A stretch of 64,000 nucleotides of DNA from the NCBI GenBank assembly GCA_018001635.1, contig JAGNHS010000006.1, positions 2,905-66,904 of the forward strand, given 5' to 3'. Below the pieces are notes generated by a model. It did no database searches. It was not told where the DNA came from and saw only the letters and a list, made by a program, of their open reading frames with translations. A program made the translations under genes and the position numbers. Positions 29,880 to 39,759 of this stretch are shown one piece after another; the first letter of the stretch is position 1, and each line of letters opens with the position of its first letter. This DNA comes from Pseudomonadota bacterium (GTDB taxonomy: Bacteria; Bdellovibrionota; UBA2428).

Positions 29880-30854
29880 TTATAGTAGTGATATATCGCA
29901 GGCTTCAGTTGGGTTGATGGCTAAATTAATCTCAGATTCTTCATCGGGGCTGATGGGGCGAGTTTTCATGTCTTTTAATAAGAAAAAATTATGATGAACT
30001 AACTCGTTACGTTTGAGGCCTGAATATCTTATGGCGATGTTGACGTTGGGCCAGCGATTCTTTTGAATTTCCGCCATGAGACCTTGAGAGACGTGACTGA
30101 TATAGGCGTAGCTATCGTCGGAGAATTCAAAATAATGCAAATCATTCCATTTTATTGCTTTGCTTTGTGCTTTAAGGGGTTTGGAATTTAAATTGTCGAG
30201 TAAGTCCATGAGAACCCATAGTTTTGCATCTGGAGCCATAAGCTTTGCCGTGGGCCCATATTGATAGGCAATGGTGTGAATGTTTTCTAATTTTGGAAGA
30301 TCCGTAATGATATTTTTATCTAATAGATACTTTAAACCTTCTAGAAATTGTTCAGGCGAATGACCTCTGGAGGTGACGATGTTTAAGGTCTCTAAGACTT
30401 TGGGGTTTTTTAATGCACTATAGAATCTTCGAAATGCAGGGCCCCTAAAGCTTTCATCATCGATATTAGTTTTGAGTAGAGCTTCTAAAAAATAATTTTT
30501 ATCGAGTGCATCCGTGAATCTATAAGATCCGGCAAAAGGATTGTCGGGATCCCTTCTTATTTCGTAGCCAGGATAGGCATCAGAAATTCTATCGCGGTGA
30601 AGGGCCAATTCAGCTGAGCTGATAATTAACTCTTCAGTATGAGAGTTAGAAATAGGAAAAAGAACAACTGGAGCCTCTAAGTGGGCAATGTGCAAATCCC
30701 AATCCATGGCGAGCACAATAAGATTGTCGCTTTGAGCATGGCTATTGCTAAGACTTAGTAAACTCATAAAGAAAGTCATTAAGCTTTTGCACACGAGATT
30801 TCTCGTGTATATAGATAAAACTCTTTTCACAAGGAATATTTGTATGAACTTCAA
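29880..30854 (-). CDS. hypothetical protein. The true start may be the internal Met near 30779.
   Basis: An internal signal-peptide-like segment MTFFMSLLSLSNSHAQ suggests a later start. Confidence 0.4.
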   Translation of the reverse strand: MKFIQIFLVKRVLSIYTRNLVCKSLMTFFMSLLSLSNSHAQSDNLIVLAMDWDLHIAHLEAPVVLFPISNSHTEELIISSAELALHRDRISDAYPGYEIRRDPDNPFAGSYRFTDALDKNYFLEALLKTNIDDESFRGPAFRRFYSALKNPKVLETLNIVTSRGHSPEQFLEGLKYLLDKNIITDLPKLENIHTIAYQYGPTAKLMAPDAKLWVLMDLLDNLNSKPLKAQSKAIKWNDLHYFEFSDDSYAYISHVSQGLMAEIQKNRWPNVNIAIRYSGLKRNELVHHNFFLLKDMKTRPISPDEESEINLAINPTEACDISLL

Positions 30855-31854
30855 AAAGATTGTTATTATTCTCTCCGTTACTCTAAATTTTCAATCTAAT
30901 GCCGCGCTCCCGATGCCCGATCCTAGTGCTCCTGAGTTTTGTTCTTTCTATTTAGAAGCAGAAACAAGAGAGTTAACAGAAGATGATGCCCCTTTGATTC
31001 AAAGTTTAAAGGCTCAAGTCGAGAGTGTTTGGACAAGATTTAAAGAGCTTCATAAGGGCCCAGTGACTTTTAGTGGTCTTGATCCTGTTTTTAGAGATGA
31101 AGTTAATCAACTCAGTATAAAGTTAATTGAATTAGAGAGCGTCTTTGGTTTTGATAAGGTTGTTGAATTAGGTTTGCATGGAGCCACTCTTGCCCAAATT
31201 TCGAACTATGCGGGATTTCTTCCTACAAAAGACGATCTTATTCAGCTCCAGAGAGATTTTTTTTCAGGTGCGGAAAAGGCCCTCAATCCAAGTTTAAGTG
31301 CAGACAAGGCTTATGATTTGCTGGCTGAGGGGCTTTGGCAAATGGGAGCTCAATTGCAGCAACTTCCTACTCTATATAATGAAGTGTTTCCGGAAAATTC
31401 TTTTGAAAGAGATTATGAATATGAACAAAAAATTATGGGACAACTCATTGCTAAAATGCGATTGAGTGCGATTAAAGAAAATCAGTTAACCAGCATATTT
31501 AATAAAATTTGGAGCGCAGAAACTACAGCTTCTCCTTCTGATTGGACAGAAGAAAATCCTTCTTGGGGTCAGTGTGCAGTGACGGCTTTAGTGGTTCAAG
31601 ACATTTTAGGTGGTGAGATTGTTTGGGCTGAGGCAGAATTAGCCGATGGTCGTAAAATTTCTCATTATAAAAATCTCGTGGATGGACGAGAAATTGATTT
31701 TACGAATCAACAATTCCCGCCTGATACGACAATCCCTGCAGGTGTTCCAAAAACTAAAACTTACTCTAGCACTCGTGACTATGTTCTATCTTACGAGCCC
31801 ACACGAAAGCGTTATGACCTTTTAAAATCACGCCTTATGGAAACATTAAATTAG
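30844..31854 (+). CDS. hypothetical secreted protein with a C-terminal Cys-containing domain
   Basis: Signal peptide at the internal Met (MNFKKIVIILSVTLNFQSNA). The ORF-track start at 30745 would overlap the divergent gene. Conserved-looking SWGQCAVTALVVQDILGG. Confidence 0.45.
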   Translation: MNFKKIVIILSVTLNFQSNAALPMPDPSAPEFCSFYLEAETRELTEDDAPLIQSLKAQVESVWTRFKELHKGPVTFSGLDPVFRDEVNQLSIKLIELESVFGFDKVVELGLHGATLAQISNYAGFLPTKDDLIQLQRDFFSGAEKALNPSLSADKAYDLLAEGLWQMGAQLQQLPTLYNEVFPENSFERDYEYEQKIMGQLIAKMRLSAIKENQLTSIFNKIWSAETTASPSDWTEENPSWGQCAVTALVVQDILGGEIVWAEAELADGRKISHYKNLVDGREIDFTNQQFPPDTTIPAGVPKTKTYSSTRDYVLSYEPTRKRYDLLKSRLMETLN

Positions 31855-31862
31855 GTGAAATA

Positions 31863-31995
31863 GTTGCAAAGGGCCTGAAATAAATAAATTCTTAGCAACA
31901 ATCCGCAGATCCATACCGTTTTAAGCATTTGTTAAAAGTGTATTCTTGGATCGAGGACGTTGCTAAGAATTTGCTTCTTTCAGGCCCCTTGCAAC
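31863..31995. repeat. Long imperfect inverted repeat (37-nt arms with a 59-nt spacer), a putative bidirectional terminator or palindromic element
   Basis: Arms 31863..31899 and 31959..31995 are complementary at about 32 of 37 positions. Lies between convergent genes. Confidence 0.65.
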
Positions 31996-32002
31996 AATTC
32001 GC

Positions 32003-33211
32003 TTAAAATGCTCTCCACTGGCTGGCCGAGACTTCCATCACGTAAGACAACGCCAATTTGGCAAACATCGCTGAGTGCTCAAAATTGATTTCCGCAGTGA
32101 TAGTGTCTTGTGGCGTGTGAATGTTGGGATTGTATTCATCCATATGCGATTCAAATGGAATTACAGTAGGAAATCCATTGCGATACCAAGAAGCATGGTC
32201 GCTGCATCCATAACCACATTCACTATGAATAACTTCGCCACCTACATAGAGAGTGTTCAAATCTTCGATGAGCTTGCGAAGAGTGGGCGTTGTGAAATCG
32301 GTCATGTTTGAAAACTTAAATAGGCCACTCCCTGGAAATGAAGTCATATCTAATTGCATAACGGCCACAACATTTTTTCCTTCATTTTTGTAAGACTCAG
32401 CAATTTCCGCAGAACCCAAGAGACCAGACTCTTCTCCAGCATAGAAGAATAAATGGATACTTCTTTCGGGCGTGAATCCTGTTTCAGAGATGACATTAAG
32501 CACTTCAACAATGTCGGCTGAACCAGAAGCATTGTCGTCAGCGCCTGGTGCGTTGCCTCTAAAGCTGATGGAATCGGCGTGGCCTCCAAGGACGACAATT
32601 TCGTTAGGTCGACTGCGACCTGGAATGATCACACGGAGGCTTTTTTGCCCGGTACTATCATGCTCGATAAAGTCTTGAGTCCAGTTTGGGTGCGACACTA
32701 AGACACTATCTTGAAGTCTTTTGGCCAGAGCTTGCATAGGTAAATTTGAATCACGGCTTTTATTGTTTCTATTGGGAAAGCTGCTAAACCAAGAAACAAA
32801 ATCCTTAATACGTTCTTTTTGAACAAGCTTAAGAGCCTCTCGAATTTCTCTTCTTTCAGCGAGATTCTCAGAAATGCCAGGACCGGCTAATTTAATGTCT
32901 TTTTGTAAGAGTAAATCGCGTTTTTGAAAACTTTTAATTTTAGAAAAAATTCCGGCAATTCTATTTTGATTAAAAGTTTCTTTTTGAGAAAGCACTTCAT
33001 AGCCGCCGCAGCGTCCGCGAGCATGGGCTAATTGATGTAACCTCATTTCTTGTAATGGGTTTAAAACGGCATAAGCCACTTTTGCAGAGAGATCTTCGTT
33101 TAGCGCGGCGACTCCCATTTCTTTAAGTAACCAGGGATCGGTTAGAACCGCTGTTTGTGAAAACGCAGAGAAGCTTAATAGAAGTGTTAAACTGGCGAAG
33201 ATGTTTTTCAT
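32003..33211 (-). CDS. M28-family Zn aminopeptidase, secreted
   Basis: VVLGGHADSI, DDNASGSA, FFYAGEESGLLGS and HSECGYGCSDHASW (metal-ligand motifs). Signal peptide. Confidence 0.8.
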   Translation of the reverse strand: MKNIFASLTLLLSFSAFSQTAVLTDPWLLKEMGVAALNEDLSAKVAYAVLNPLQEMRLHQLAHARGRCGGYEVLSQKETFNQNRIAGIFSKIKSFQKRDLLLQKDIKLAGPGISENLAERREIREALKLVQKERIKDFVSWFSSFPNRNNKSRDSNLPMQALAKRLQDSVLVSHPNWTQDFIEHDSTGQKSLRVIIPGRSRPNEIVVLGGHADSISFRGNAPGADDNASGSADIVEVLNVISETGFTPERSIHLFFYAGEESGLLGSAEIAESYKNEGKNVVAVMQLDMTSFPGSGLFKFSNMTDFTTPTLRKLIEDLNTLYVGGEVIHSECGYGCSDHASWYRNGFPTVIPFESHMDEYNPNIHTPQDTITAEINFEHSAMFAKLALSYVMEVSASQWRAF

Positions 33212-33314
33212 ATTAGGTGAGTTTAACGTGGAACATTCGTATTAAATAGCTTGTTAAAAAATCTAAGAGCTTTTAAGGCAGATCATTACGAGAAAGTGTC
33301 AATGCGTTGACGTT

Positions 33315-34394
33315 TTAAGGATGAAGTGAGTTGATAAATCCTTCTGGAATGCCCGTCACTTCTAAAGCCAAAGCTTTTGGACAAGCGGCGAATTCTCCTT
33401 GGCTTAAATTTTTGATCTTTTCGCTATCTGGATTTCCAAAAACTACCGTGAATCGCCAGATGCTTTCTTCGGGTTTTGAAAAGTTTTGAGAAACTAATTC
33501 TGCAAGCACCTTTTGACCTCTGAAGAGTCGGCAATGAGTTTCTTTGATTTTTGGAGCAATTTTAAGCAGCTTTCTTTGCTCTTCGTTTAAATTTCTAATT
33601 CGAATGTTTATGAAGTTAGCGAAGATTGTATAAGTTGTTCCACTTTCAAGGCTAAAGTTAGTAGTGTTAAAGGGGTATTGATCGTTGAAAAGTTCAGAAA
33701 ACAAACGGTTGATGAAATATTCGTGGCCGTAAATTCCATTGTCTTCAATTATGGAATATTCAGGATAAAATTTTTCCCAAACTTCTAATAAAAATTTTTG
33801 ATCGCTAAAAATATAATCATCAAATCTTTCATGAAGTTCGTGAGTCAGCGCGTAGGCTGCTTGCATCACTAATGAATACTTTGTTGGGCCTAGGTGGCCC
33901 TGCCAGTCCCAATAAGTTGAGAGCATACTCATAAAAACTTCTTGAACAAGTTCTTTGGGAAGTTTTGAGTCATTGGTGAGGACTTCGAGCCAGTAAATCA
34001 TAGCCACTAGAAAGTGTTGCTGGTCTAAAAGTTGAGTTCCAAAGACTTTTTGAGCATAGTTTTTAGCGCCGTCGCTAATAGTGTTTGTGCCGCGATCACG
34101 CATGAAAAGGCGTGAGAATTTTAGTTCGCGATTAAATATTTCAAGAGCATTTCGTATGAAGATTTGGCGGTCTTCAATGTTGAATGCTTTAATTTTTGTT
34201 TCGTAGATAGTGTCTAAACCCTTGCTTAAAAAACTAAAATCATCCATTTGAGCTTGGCTTAGTGGACCGCCTGATAAATTCATTTCACATTTATCAAAGG
34301 GGCCAAAATCGAAACGGCTTGAGCTATTGGTGTCCTGATTGTCTGCCCAAGTTACTAAACAGCTTAAGGTTAAGATTAGACTTAGAGCACGCAT
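33315..34394 (-). CDS. hypothetical secreted protein
   Basis: Signal peptide. No family recognised. Confidence 0.45.
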   Translation of the reverse strand: MRALSLILTLSCLVTWADNQDTNSSSRFDFGPFDKCEMNLSGGPLSQAQMDDFSFLSKGLDTIYETKIKAFNIEDRQIFIRNALEIFNRELKFSRLFMRDRGTNTISDGAKNYAQKVFGTQLLDQQHFLVAMIYWLEVLTNDSKLPKELVQEVFMSMLSTYWDWQGHLGPTKYSLVMQAAYALTHELHERFDDYIFSDQKFLLEVWEKFYPEYSIIEDNGIYGHEYFINRLFSELFNDQYPFNTTNFSLESGTTYTIFANFINIRIRNLNEEQRKLLKIAPKIKETHCRLFRGQKVLAELVSQNFSKPEESIWRFTVVFGNPDSEKIKNLSQGEFAACPKALALEVTGIPEGFINSLHP

Positions 34395-34501
34395 CGCGCG
34401 GGACTTTAAAGGTTTTTTGGAGGCTAACGCAAATGCTATTTACTTAAAAAGCCTTACGAAAGAGTTTGACTGAAAGGGGTTAAAACGACTAAATCCTGAA
34501 T

Positions 34502-35992
34502 ATGGCGCTGGAAATTTCACCAACAAATTTCAGTCATTGTTTCGCATTCGACGACGTCTTGCTCAAACCCGGATATAGTGAATTAGTTCCTTCTGAGGTT
34601 AAAGTAGATTCTCGTTTGGGTTTAATCCCACTCAAAGTTCCTGTTTTATCGGCTGCGATGGACACTGTGACTGAGGCTCAAATGGCTATTGCTATGGCCT
34701 TGCTCGGCGGTGTGGGTGTGCTCCACAAAAACAACAGCATCGAAGAGCAAGCTTCTGATGTGAGTCGTGTTAAAAAATTCCAACATGCGGTGATCACCGA
34801 TCCTATTACTGTAAAAGCTGATTTCACTTTAGCTCAGGTCAAAGAACTTATTCGTGAAACGGGTATTACTGGATTTCCTGTCATCGATAATAGCGGGAAG
34901 TTAGTGGGCATGTGTACGGGGCGCGACATTCGTTATGCTGAAGATTCTCAGATTCGTGTTCAGGATGTGATGAGTTCTCCTGTTAAGAGTCTTCCCGAGG
35001 GAAGCGATCATAAGCAGGCCGTAGAATTTTTCCGAAAATACAAAGTTGAAAAGCTTCCTCTTGTTAATAAAGAGGGGCATTTAAAAGGTCTCATCACCTC
35101 TAAGGATTGGCGTCAGCAATCAGATCACCCTTTAGCTCTCAAAGATGATAGCGGAAGTTTGATTGTGGCCGCAGCCTTGGGTGTTGGAAATAAAGACGGA
35201 ATAGATCGAGCCATGGCATTGGTTAAAGCTAAGGTCGATTGTTTGGTTTTAGATTCGGCTCATGGTCACTCCAAAGGAATCATTGAAACTCTAAAAGATC
35301 TTCGTAAAAAATTTCCTGATGTCACTCTGATTGGTGGAAATGTGGCCACAGTTGAAGGCGCTCAAGCGCTTATTGATGCCGGTGCCAATGTCGTTAAGAT
35401 TGGTGTGGGGCCAGGTTCTATTTGTACGACTCGTATAGTGAGCGGTGCCGGAGTTCCTCAGCTCACTGCCATATACGAAATTTGCCAAAACTTAAGAGCT
35501 AAGCACCCCAATGTGAGCTTTATTGCTGATGGTGGAATTCGTTATTCGGGTGATATTACTAAAGCCCTTGCGGCTGGTGCGCACGCTGTGATGTTGGGTT
35601 CGCTTTTAGCGGGGACTGAAGAGAGTCCCGGTGAAACCATAATTTACATGGGTCGTTCTTATAAATTTTATCGTGGCATGGGTTCACTTTCAGCCATGAA
35701 AAAAGGTTCTAAAGATCGTTATCGTCAAGCCAGCGTAGAATCATCTAAATTAGTACCAGAGGGCGTGGAAGCTCGAGTGCCTTACCGAGGTAAGGTTCAA
35801 GATGTGATTTATCAACTCGTGGGTGGTCTACGTTCTGGAATGGGTTATGTGGGCGCAAAAGATTTAGAAGACTTAGTTAAGAAAGCTCAGTTTGTAAGAA
35901 TTTCTCAAGGTGCACTTAAAGAGAGCCATGTTCACGATGTTTCAATTGTGGCGGAGTCTCCTAATTACAGTGGAAGGCCCAAGGAAGAATGA
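34502..35992 (+). CDS. guaB: IMP dehydrogenase
   Basis: [13 protein letters not shown] start, tandem CBS region, catalytic GSICTTR loop and GGIRYSGDI. Confidence 0.95.
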   Translation: MALEISPTNFSHCFAFDDVLLKPGYSELVPSEVKVDSRLGLIPLKVPVLSAAMDTVTEAQMAIAMALLGGVGVLHKNNSIEEQASDVSRVKKFQHAVITDPITVKADFTLAQVKELIRETGITGFPVIDNSGKLVGMCTGRDIRYAEDSQIRVQDVMSSPVKSLPEGSDHKQAVEFFRKYKVEKLPLVNKEGHLKGLITSKDWRQQSDHPLALKDDSGSLIVAAALGVGNKDGIDRAMALVKAKVDCLVLDSAHGHSKGIIETLKDLRKKFPDVTLIGGNVATVEGAQALIDAGANVVKIGVGPGSICTTRIVSGAGVPQLTAIYEICQNLRAKHPNVSFIADGGIRYSGDITKALAAGAHAVMLGSLLAGTEESPGETIIYMGRSYKFYRGMGSLSAMKKGSKDRYRQASVESSKLVPEGVEARVPYRGKVQDVIYQLVGGLRSGMGYVGAKDLEDLVKKAQFVRISQGALKESHVHDVSIVAESPNYSGRPKEE

Positions 35993-37512
35993 TTCTTCTA
36001 TTTGATTTTGGATCTCAATACACTCAGTTAATTGCTAAAGCCTTTCGTCATATGGGTTATCCCTGTGAAGTTGTCGCCGGAAAAACTTCTGCCTCAGCTG
36101 TGGATTTATCAAAAGTACGAGGCTTAGTTTTTTCGGGTTCTCCGATGAGTGTGAATAAAGATTGGACCCCCGATCCTAAAATTCTCGATCTCAATTTGCC
36201 AATACTAGCTATTTGCTACGGATATCACTTTATTGCTTCTCATTTTGGTGGCGACATAGTGTCGCAAAAAAATCGTGAGTATGGAGAAGCCTGGGTTACG
36301 AAAACTTCTTTTGGAAAATCAGATCCCTTGCTTTCAAAGTTTCCCGAGCGTTCAAGGGTCTGGATGAGTCATGGTGACTCCGTAGGAGGATTACCTCCTG
36401 GCGCCCAACTTCTTCTTGAGTCTGGAGATAAACCAGCGGCTTTTTGTCTTCCCAAAGAAAAGGTTTGGGCCCTTCAATTTCATCCTGAAGTGGCGCATTC
36501 TCATGATGGTTTAAAAATCTTAGAAGCTTTTGCCTCTGATATTGTAGGACATAAGCCTGAGTGGAAAATGACCACGGTGCTCGACGATCTTCGTGCCGAG
36601 CTCAAGCTTCAACTTAAGGGAATCGACGAAGTTTATTGTGGCGTTTCCGGCGGTGTGGATTCAACGGTGATGGCGGCTTTGCTTTCTGAGTTCTGCAAAG
36701 TTAAAGCGCTTTTTGTGGATCATGGATTTCTACGTGAATATGATTGGTCGGATTTGCAAGGGTATTTCGCCAATTTTAAAAATGTTGAACTTCAAAAAAT
36801 TGATGCGCGCGATATGTTTTGGAAAGAGCTTAAAGGATCTTTTGATCCCGAAACAAAAAGAAAAATCATTGGGCGACTTTTTGTAGAAGCTTTTTATTCA
36901 AAGATTCCTTCCGATCGTAAAATTCATTTAGCTCAAGGAACTATTTATTCAGACGTTATAGAAAGTGCCTCTAATGAATTGGGTCCTGCTCATAAAATAA
37001 AAAGCCATCACAACGTGGGTGGATTGCCTAAAGATTTAAAATTTCATTTGCTCGAACCCCTTCGAAAATTCTTTAAAGATGAAGTTCGAGAAATTGGAAA
37101 ACTATTAGGACTTGGCTCAGAACTTTTAGATCGTCATCCCTTTCCTGGTCCTGGACTCGCCATTCGATGTTTGGGTCCTTTAGAACCTGAGCGCATTGAA
37201 TTGCTGAGGCGGGCTGATACTGTATTTCATAGAGAATTAAATAAGCGCGATCTTTATAAAAAAACTTGGCAGGCCTTCGTTGTGTTGCTCCCGATTTCGA
37301 GCGTGGGAGTTATGGGTGATGAGCGGACTTATGAGTCCACCTTGGCCATACGCGCAGTTTCTTCTCGAGAAGCCATGACCGCAGAGGCCACGGAATTTCC
37401 ATGGGAAGAACTCAAGGGAATAGCTTCAATTATTATCAATGAAGTGCGGGGAATTAATCGTGTGGTTTACGATCTGACCAGCAAACCCCCAGGAACTATT
37501 GAATGGGAGTGA
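35989..37512 (+). CDS. guaA: GMP synthase (glutamine-hydrolysing)
   Basis: GATase domain (ICYGYHF), ATP-PPase SGGVDS motif, and a C-terminal dimerisation domain ending PPGTIEWE. Overlaps the guaB stop by 4 nt. Confidence 0.95.
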   Translation: MILLFDFGSQYTQLIAKAFRHMGYPCEVVAGKTSASAVDLSKVRGLVFSGSPMSVNKDWTPDPKILDLNLPILAICYGYHFIASHFGGDIVSQKNREYGEAWVTKTSFGKSDPLLSKFPERSRVWMSHGDSVGGLPPGAQLLLESGDKPAAFCLPKEKVWALQFHPEVAHSHDGLKILEAFASDIVGHKPEWKMTTVLDDLRAELKLQLKGIDEVYCGVSGGVDSTVMAALLSEFCKVKALFVDHGFLREYDWSDLQGYFANFKNVELQKIDARDMFWKELKGSFDPETKRKIIGRLFVEAFYSKIPSDRKIHLAQGTIYSDVIESASNELGPAHKIKSHHNVGGLPKDLKFHLLEPLRKFFKDEVREIGKLLGLGSELLDRHPFPGPGLAIRCLGPLEPERIELLRRADTVFHRELNKRDLYKKTWQAFVVLLPISSVGVMGDERTYESTLAIRAVSSREAMTAEATEFPWEELKGIASIIINEVRGINRVVYDLTSKPPGTIEWE

Positions 37513-38129
37513 AGCAGCCTTGGTTTGTGTTTTCTTCTTCGTCGGGAGAAACTTTTGAGAAACTTTATAATTCTTTAAGTCATGAGGCTAAAAACTCGCT
37601 TCAAGCTTTTTATGTGGATCGTGAGTGTGGAGCTTTTGAACGAGCTCAAAAGATTTTAGGCTCCGATAAAGTTAAAAGTTTTTCTAAAAAAGAATTTGAA
37701 GCTTCGGTTTTAAATTTACTAAAAAATTCGGGTCACTCTCAGGCCATTATTTTGTTATGCGGATTTTTTGGAATTCTCACTAAGGCCTTTTTAGATCAAT
37801 GTCCATTTACAGTGCTCAACACTCATCCTTCTTTGCTCCCAGCTTTTCCGGGCTTAGATAAAAAGGTTCATCAAGCTGTTTTTGATCAAGCTCATTTTAG
37901 TGGTTTTACTCTTCATTTGGTCAACGAAACCCTGGATGGGGGCGCCATCGTTTTTCAAAAATCACTTTCGATAAAAGAAACGAAAACTTGGGAAGAATGT
38001 CGCGATAAGGTTCGCGATTTGGAGCAAACAGAGCTTCCTAAAATATGGGATAAAGTCCTAGAATTAAGTTTTCGTCCCGAAGACCGTTACTCAACGGCCC
38101 GACAACTCCTTCAGAAATATAATTTTTGA
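37503..38129 (+). CDS. purN: Phosphoribosylglycinamide formyltransferase
   Basis: Formyl-transferase motif LNTHPSLLPAFPG. Overlaps the guaA stop. Confidence 0.75.
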   Translation: MGVKQPWFVFSSSSGETFEKLYNSLSHEAKNSLQAFYVDRECGAFERAQKILGSDKVKSFSKKEFEASVLNLLKNSGHSQAIILLCGFFGILTKAFLDQCPFTVLNTHPSLLPAFPGLDKKVHQAVFDQAHFSGFTLHLVNETLDGGAIVFQKSLSIKETKTWEECRDKVRDLEQTELPKIWDKVLELSFRPEDRYSTARQLLQKYNF

Positions 38130-38142
38130 GAATTTAAATTTC

Positions 38143-39591
38143 TTATTTTGTACCTGCCAGCTTAGGGAGTGAGTCGATTGTGGCTTGTGAAATCGCATAG
38201 CCCCTAGTTTGAGCAAGTCTTGCAGAAAGTGCCGATACGTAGGGCACCATATGTTTTCCAGGGCAATCATGACCATCATTTACGTTGAGGCAAACTCCCG
38301 TTAGGCAATGTCCTTTATCTCTATGAGTTCGTACGTGTTCTATAGGATATTTCATAGCGATTTGATCTTGAAGTTTTGTGAGGAGAGTTACAACTTCTTC
38401 AGGCACGGCATCTTTATCGTAATCTCCTGCAATTGAAACTCCGATAGATCGAGCATTGCAATCAGACGCGTGACAACCGCGATAACCTAATGGAGTTCCT
38501 TCAAAAATTTTCCACTCTCCTCGAGCATCCTTCTTAATCACAAAATGATAACCCAAATCTTTAAAAGGTTTTTGAAAGCGGTGAAACAAACTCATATCGA
38601 CAAGATTGGGTGATTGAGATCCATCGGTGTGGTGAATAACTATTTCATCGTAGGTGAGTTCTTGTTTTCTTTCCTGGAACCATTTTGGGTCCTGAGAGCT
38701 GACAGTCTGAGTGCTATATTTTCTTTTTTTTCCATTCACAGAGGAAAGAGCGCGATACTTTTGTCCATGGGCTTCCTCAGACCACCATTGTGCGCGAGAT
38801 ACAATATTGACATTTGAATTTGGGCTAAATCTTCGAGAGCTCACTTTGCTTTTGGCATTTTTAAGAGCGTTTCTGTCATTTTCAACAAGGGATAGAAATT
38901 TTGAATGCTGATTTCGGTAATCACTACTAGATAAAGAGAGCCATAAACTGTCTTCAACACATTTAAATTTTTTAGAAATATTGGAATTTTTTAAGGCTTT
39001 AATGAGGGCCAATTGAGTCTGCGTGACTTCTTGTTCTAAGGAGTCATTCTTAACAAGGGCTTCTTGGTCCATTCCGTGGGTTTTCATTTTTACAAAAAAT
39101 CCCTTTTGCGAATGACTTAAAAAGAAATGTTCTTGCTTTTGAACGGCATTCAAATAATTTATAAGACTCAAGTTTAAGCTACTAATGGCGGACTTTGTTC
39201 GACTCTTTTGAGGCCCATCGCTGAGCTTAAGTTTGAGTCCTTCGATGAAAGAAATTCTTTCATCAAGGTGATCTTTGTTGATGTATATTGCAAGTTGATC
39301 GAGATCATTGACTAGACTTGAATCAGGACAGGCACCCTTGTTAAAAATAAATTCTATAGGATCTGAATCAGTTTTAATATTATTGTTTGAACTTTGAGGA
39401 GTTTTTGTGTTTTGAATTTCTTCTCTTGAGGTTGCTTTTGTTGTTGTGTTTTTGTTGCTGTTCGCCGGATTCCTGTGAAAAATTCTACTAAAAAAACTAT
39501 CTGTAGCTGAAAAAACTGCTGGTATTGAAATTAAATTCAACAAACCTAAAATAAAAAAAACAAATGAGTACTGAGTTTTTTTCATGCCCAC
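38143..39591 (-). CDS. Secreted N-acetylmuramoyl-L-alanine amidase (amidase_2/PGRP family) with a long N-terminal region
   Basis: Signal peptide. The C-terminal domain has IVIHHTDGS, GYHFVI, GCHASDCNARSIGVSIAGDY and HRDKGHCLTG. Confidence 0.65.
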   Translation of the reverse strand: MGMKKTQYSFVFFILGLLNLISIPAVFSATDSFFSRIFHRNPANSNKNTTTKATSREEIQNTKTPQSSNNNIKTDSDPIEFIFNKGACPDSSLVNDLDQLAIYINKDHLDERISFIEGLKLKLSDGPQKSRTKSAISSLNLSLINYLNAVQKQEHFFLSHSQKGFFVKMKTHGMDQEALVKNDSLEQEVTQTQLALIKALKNSNISKKFKCVEDSLWLSLSSSDYRNQHSKFLSLVENDRNALKNAKSKVSSRRFSPNSNVNIVSRAQWWSEEAHGQKYRALSSVNGKKRKYSTQTVSSQDPKWFQERKQELTYDEIVIHHTDGSQSPNLVDMSLFHRFQKPFKDLGYHFVIKKDARGEWKIFEGTPLGYRGCHASDCNARSIGVSIAGDYDKDAVPEEVVTLLTKLQDQIAMKYPIEHVRTHRDKGHCLTGVCLNVNDGHDCPGKHMVPYVSALSARLAQTRGYAISQATIDSLPKLAGTK

Positions 39592-39759
39592 CCCTACTTT
39601 GTATTTTAAAGTAAATCGCTGAGATCTTGGAATGAATGTTAAGAAATTCTCTCTCAGAAATCGATAACTTATACTTACATCATGTTTATAAGAATGACAC
39701 TTTGTCTAATAGATCTACAATTTTCTTAACAATTGAGATGAAATGAAAACACACCCTAA

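Noticed and set aside
30745-30843. N-terminal extension of the ORF at 30745..31854
   Set aside because: It overlaps the divergent gene 29880..30854 by 110 nt. The internal Met gives a clean signal peptide.
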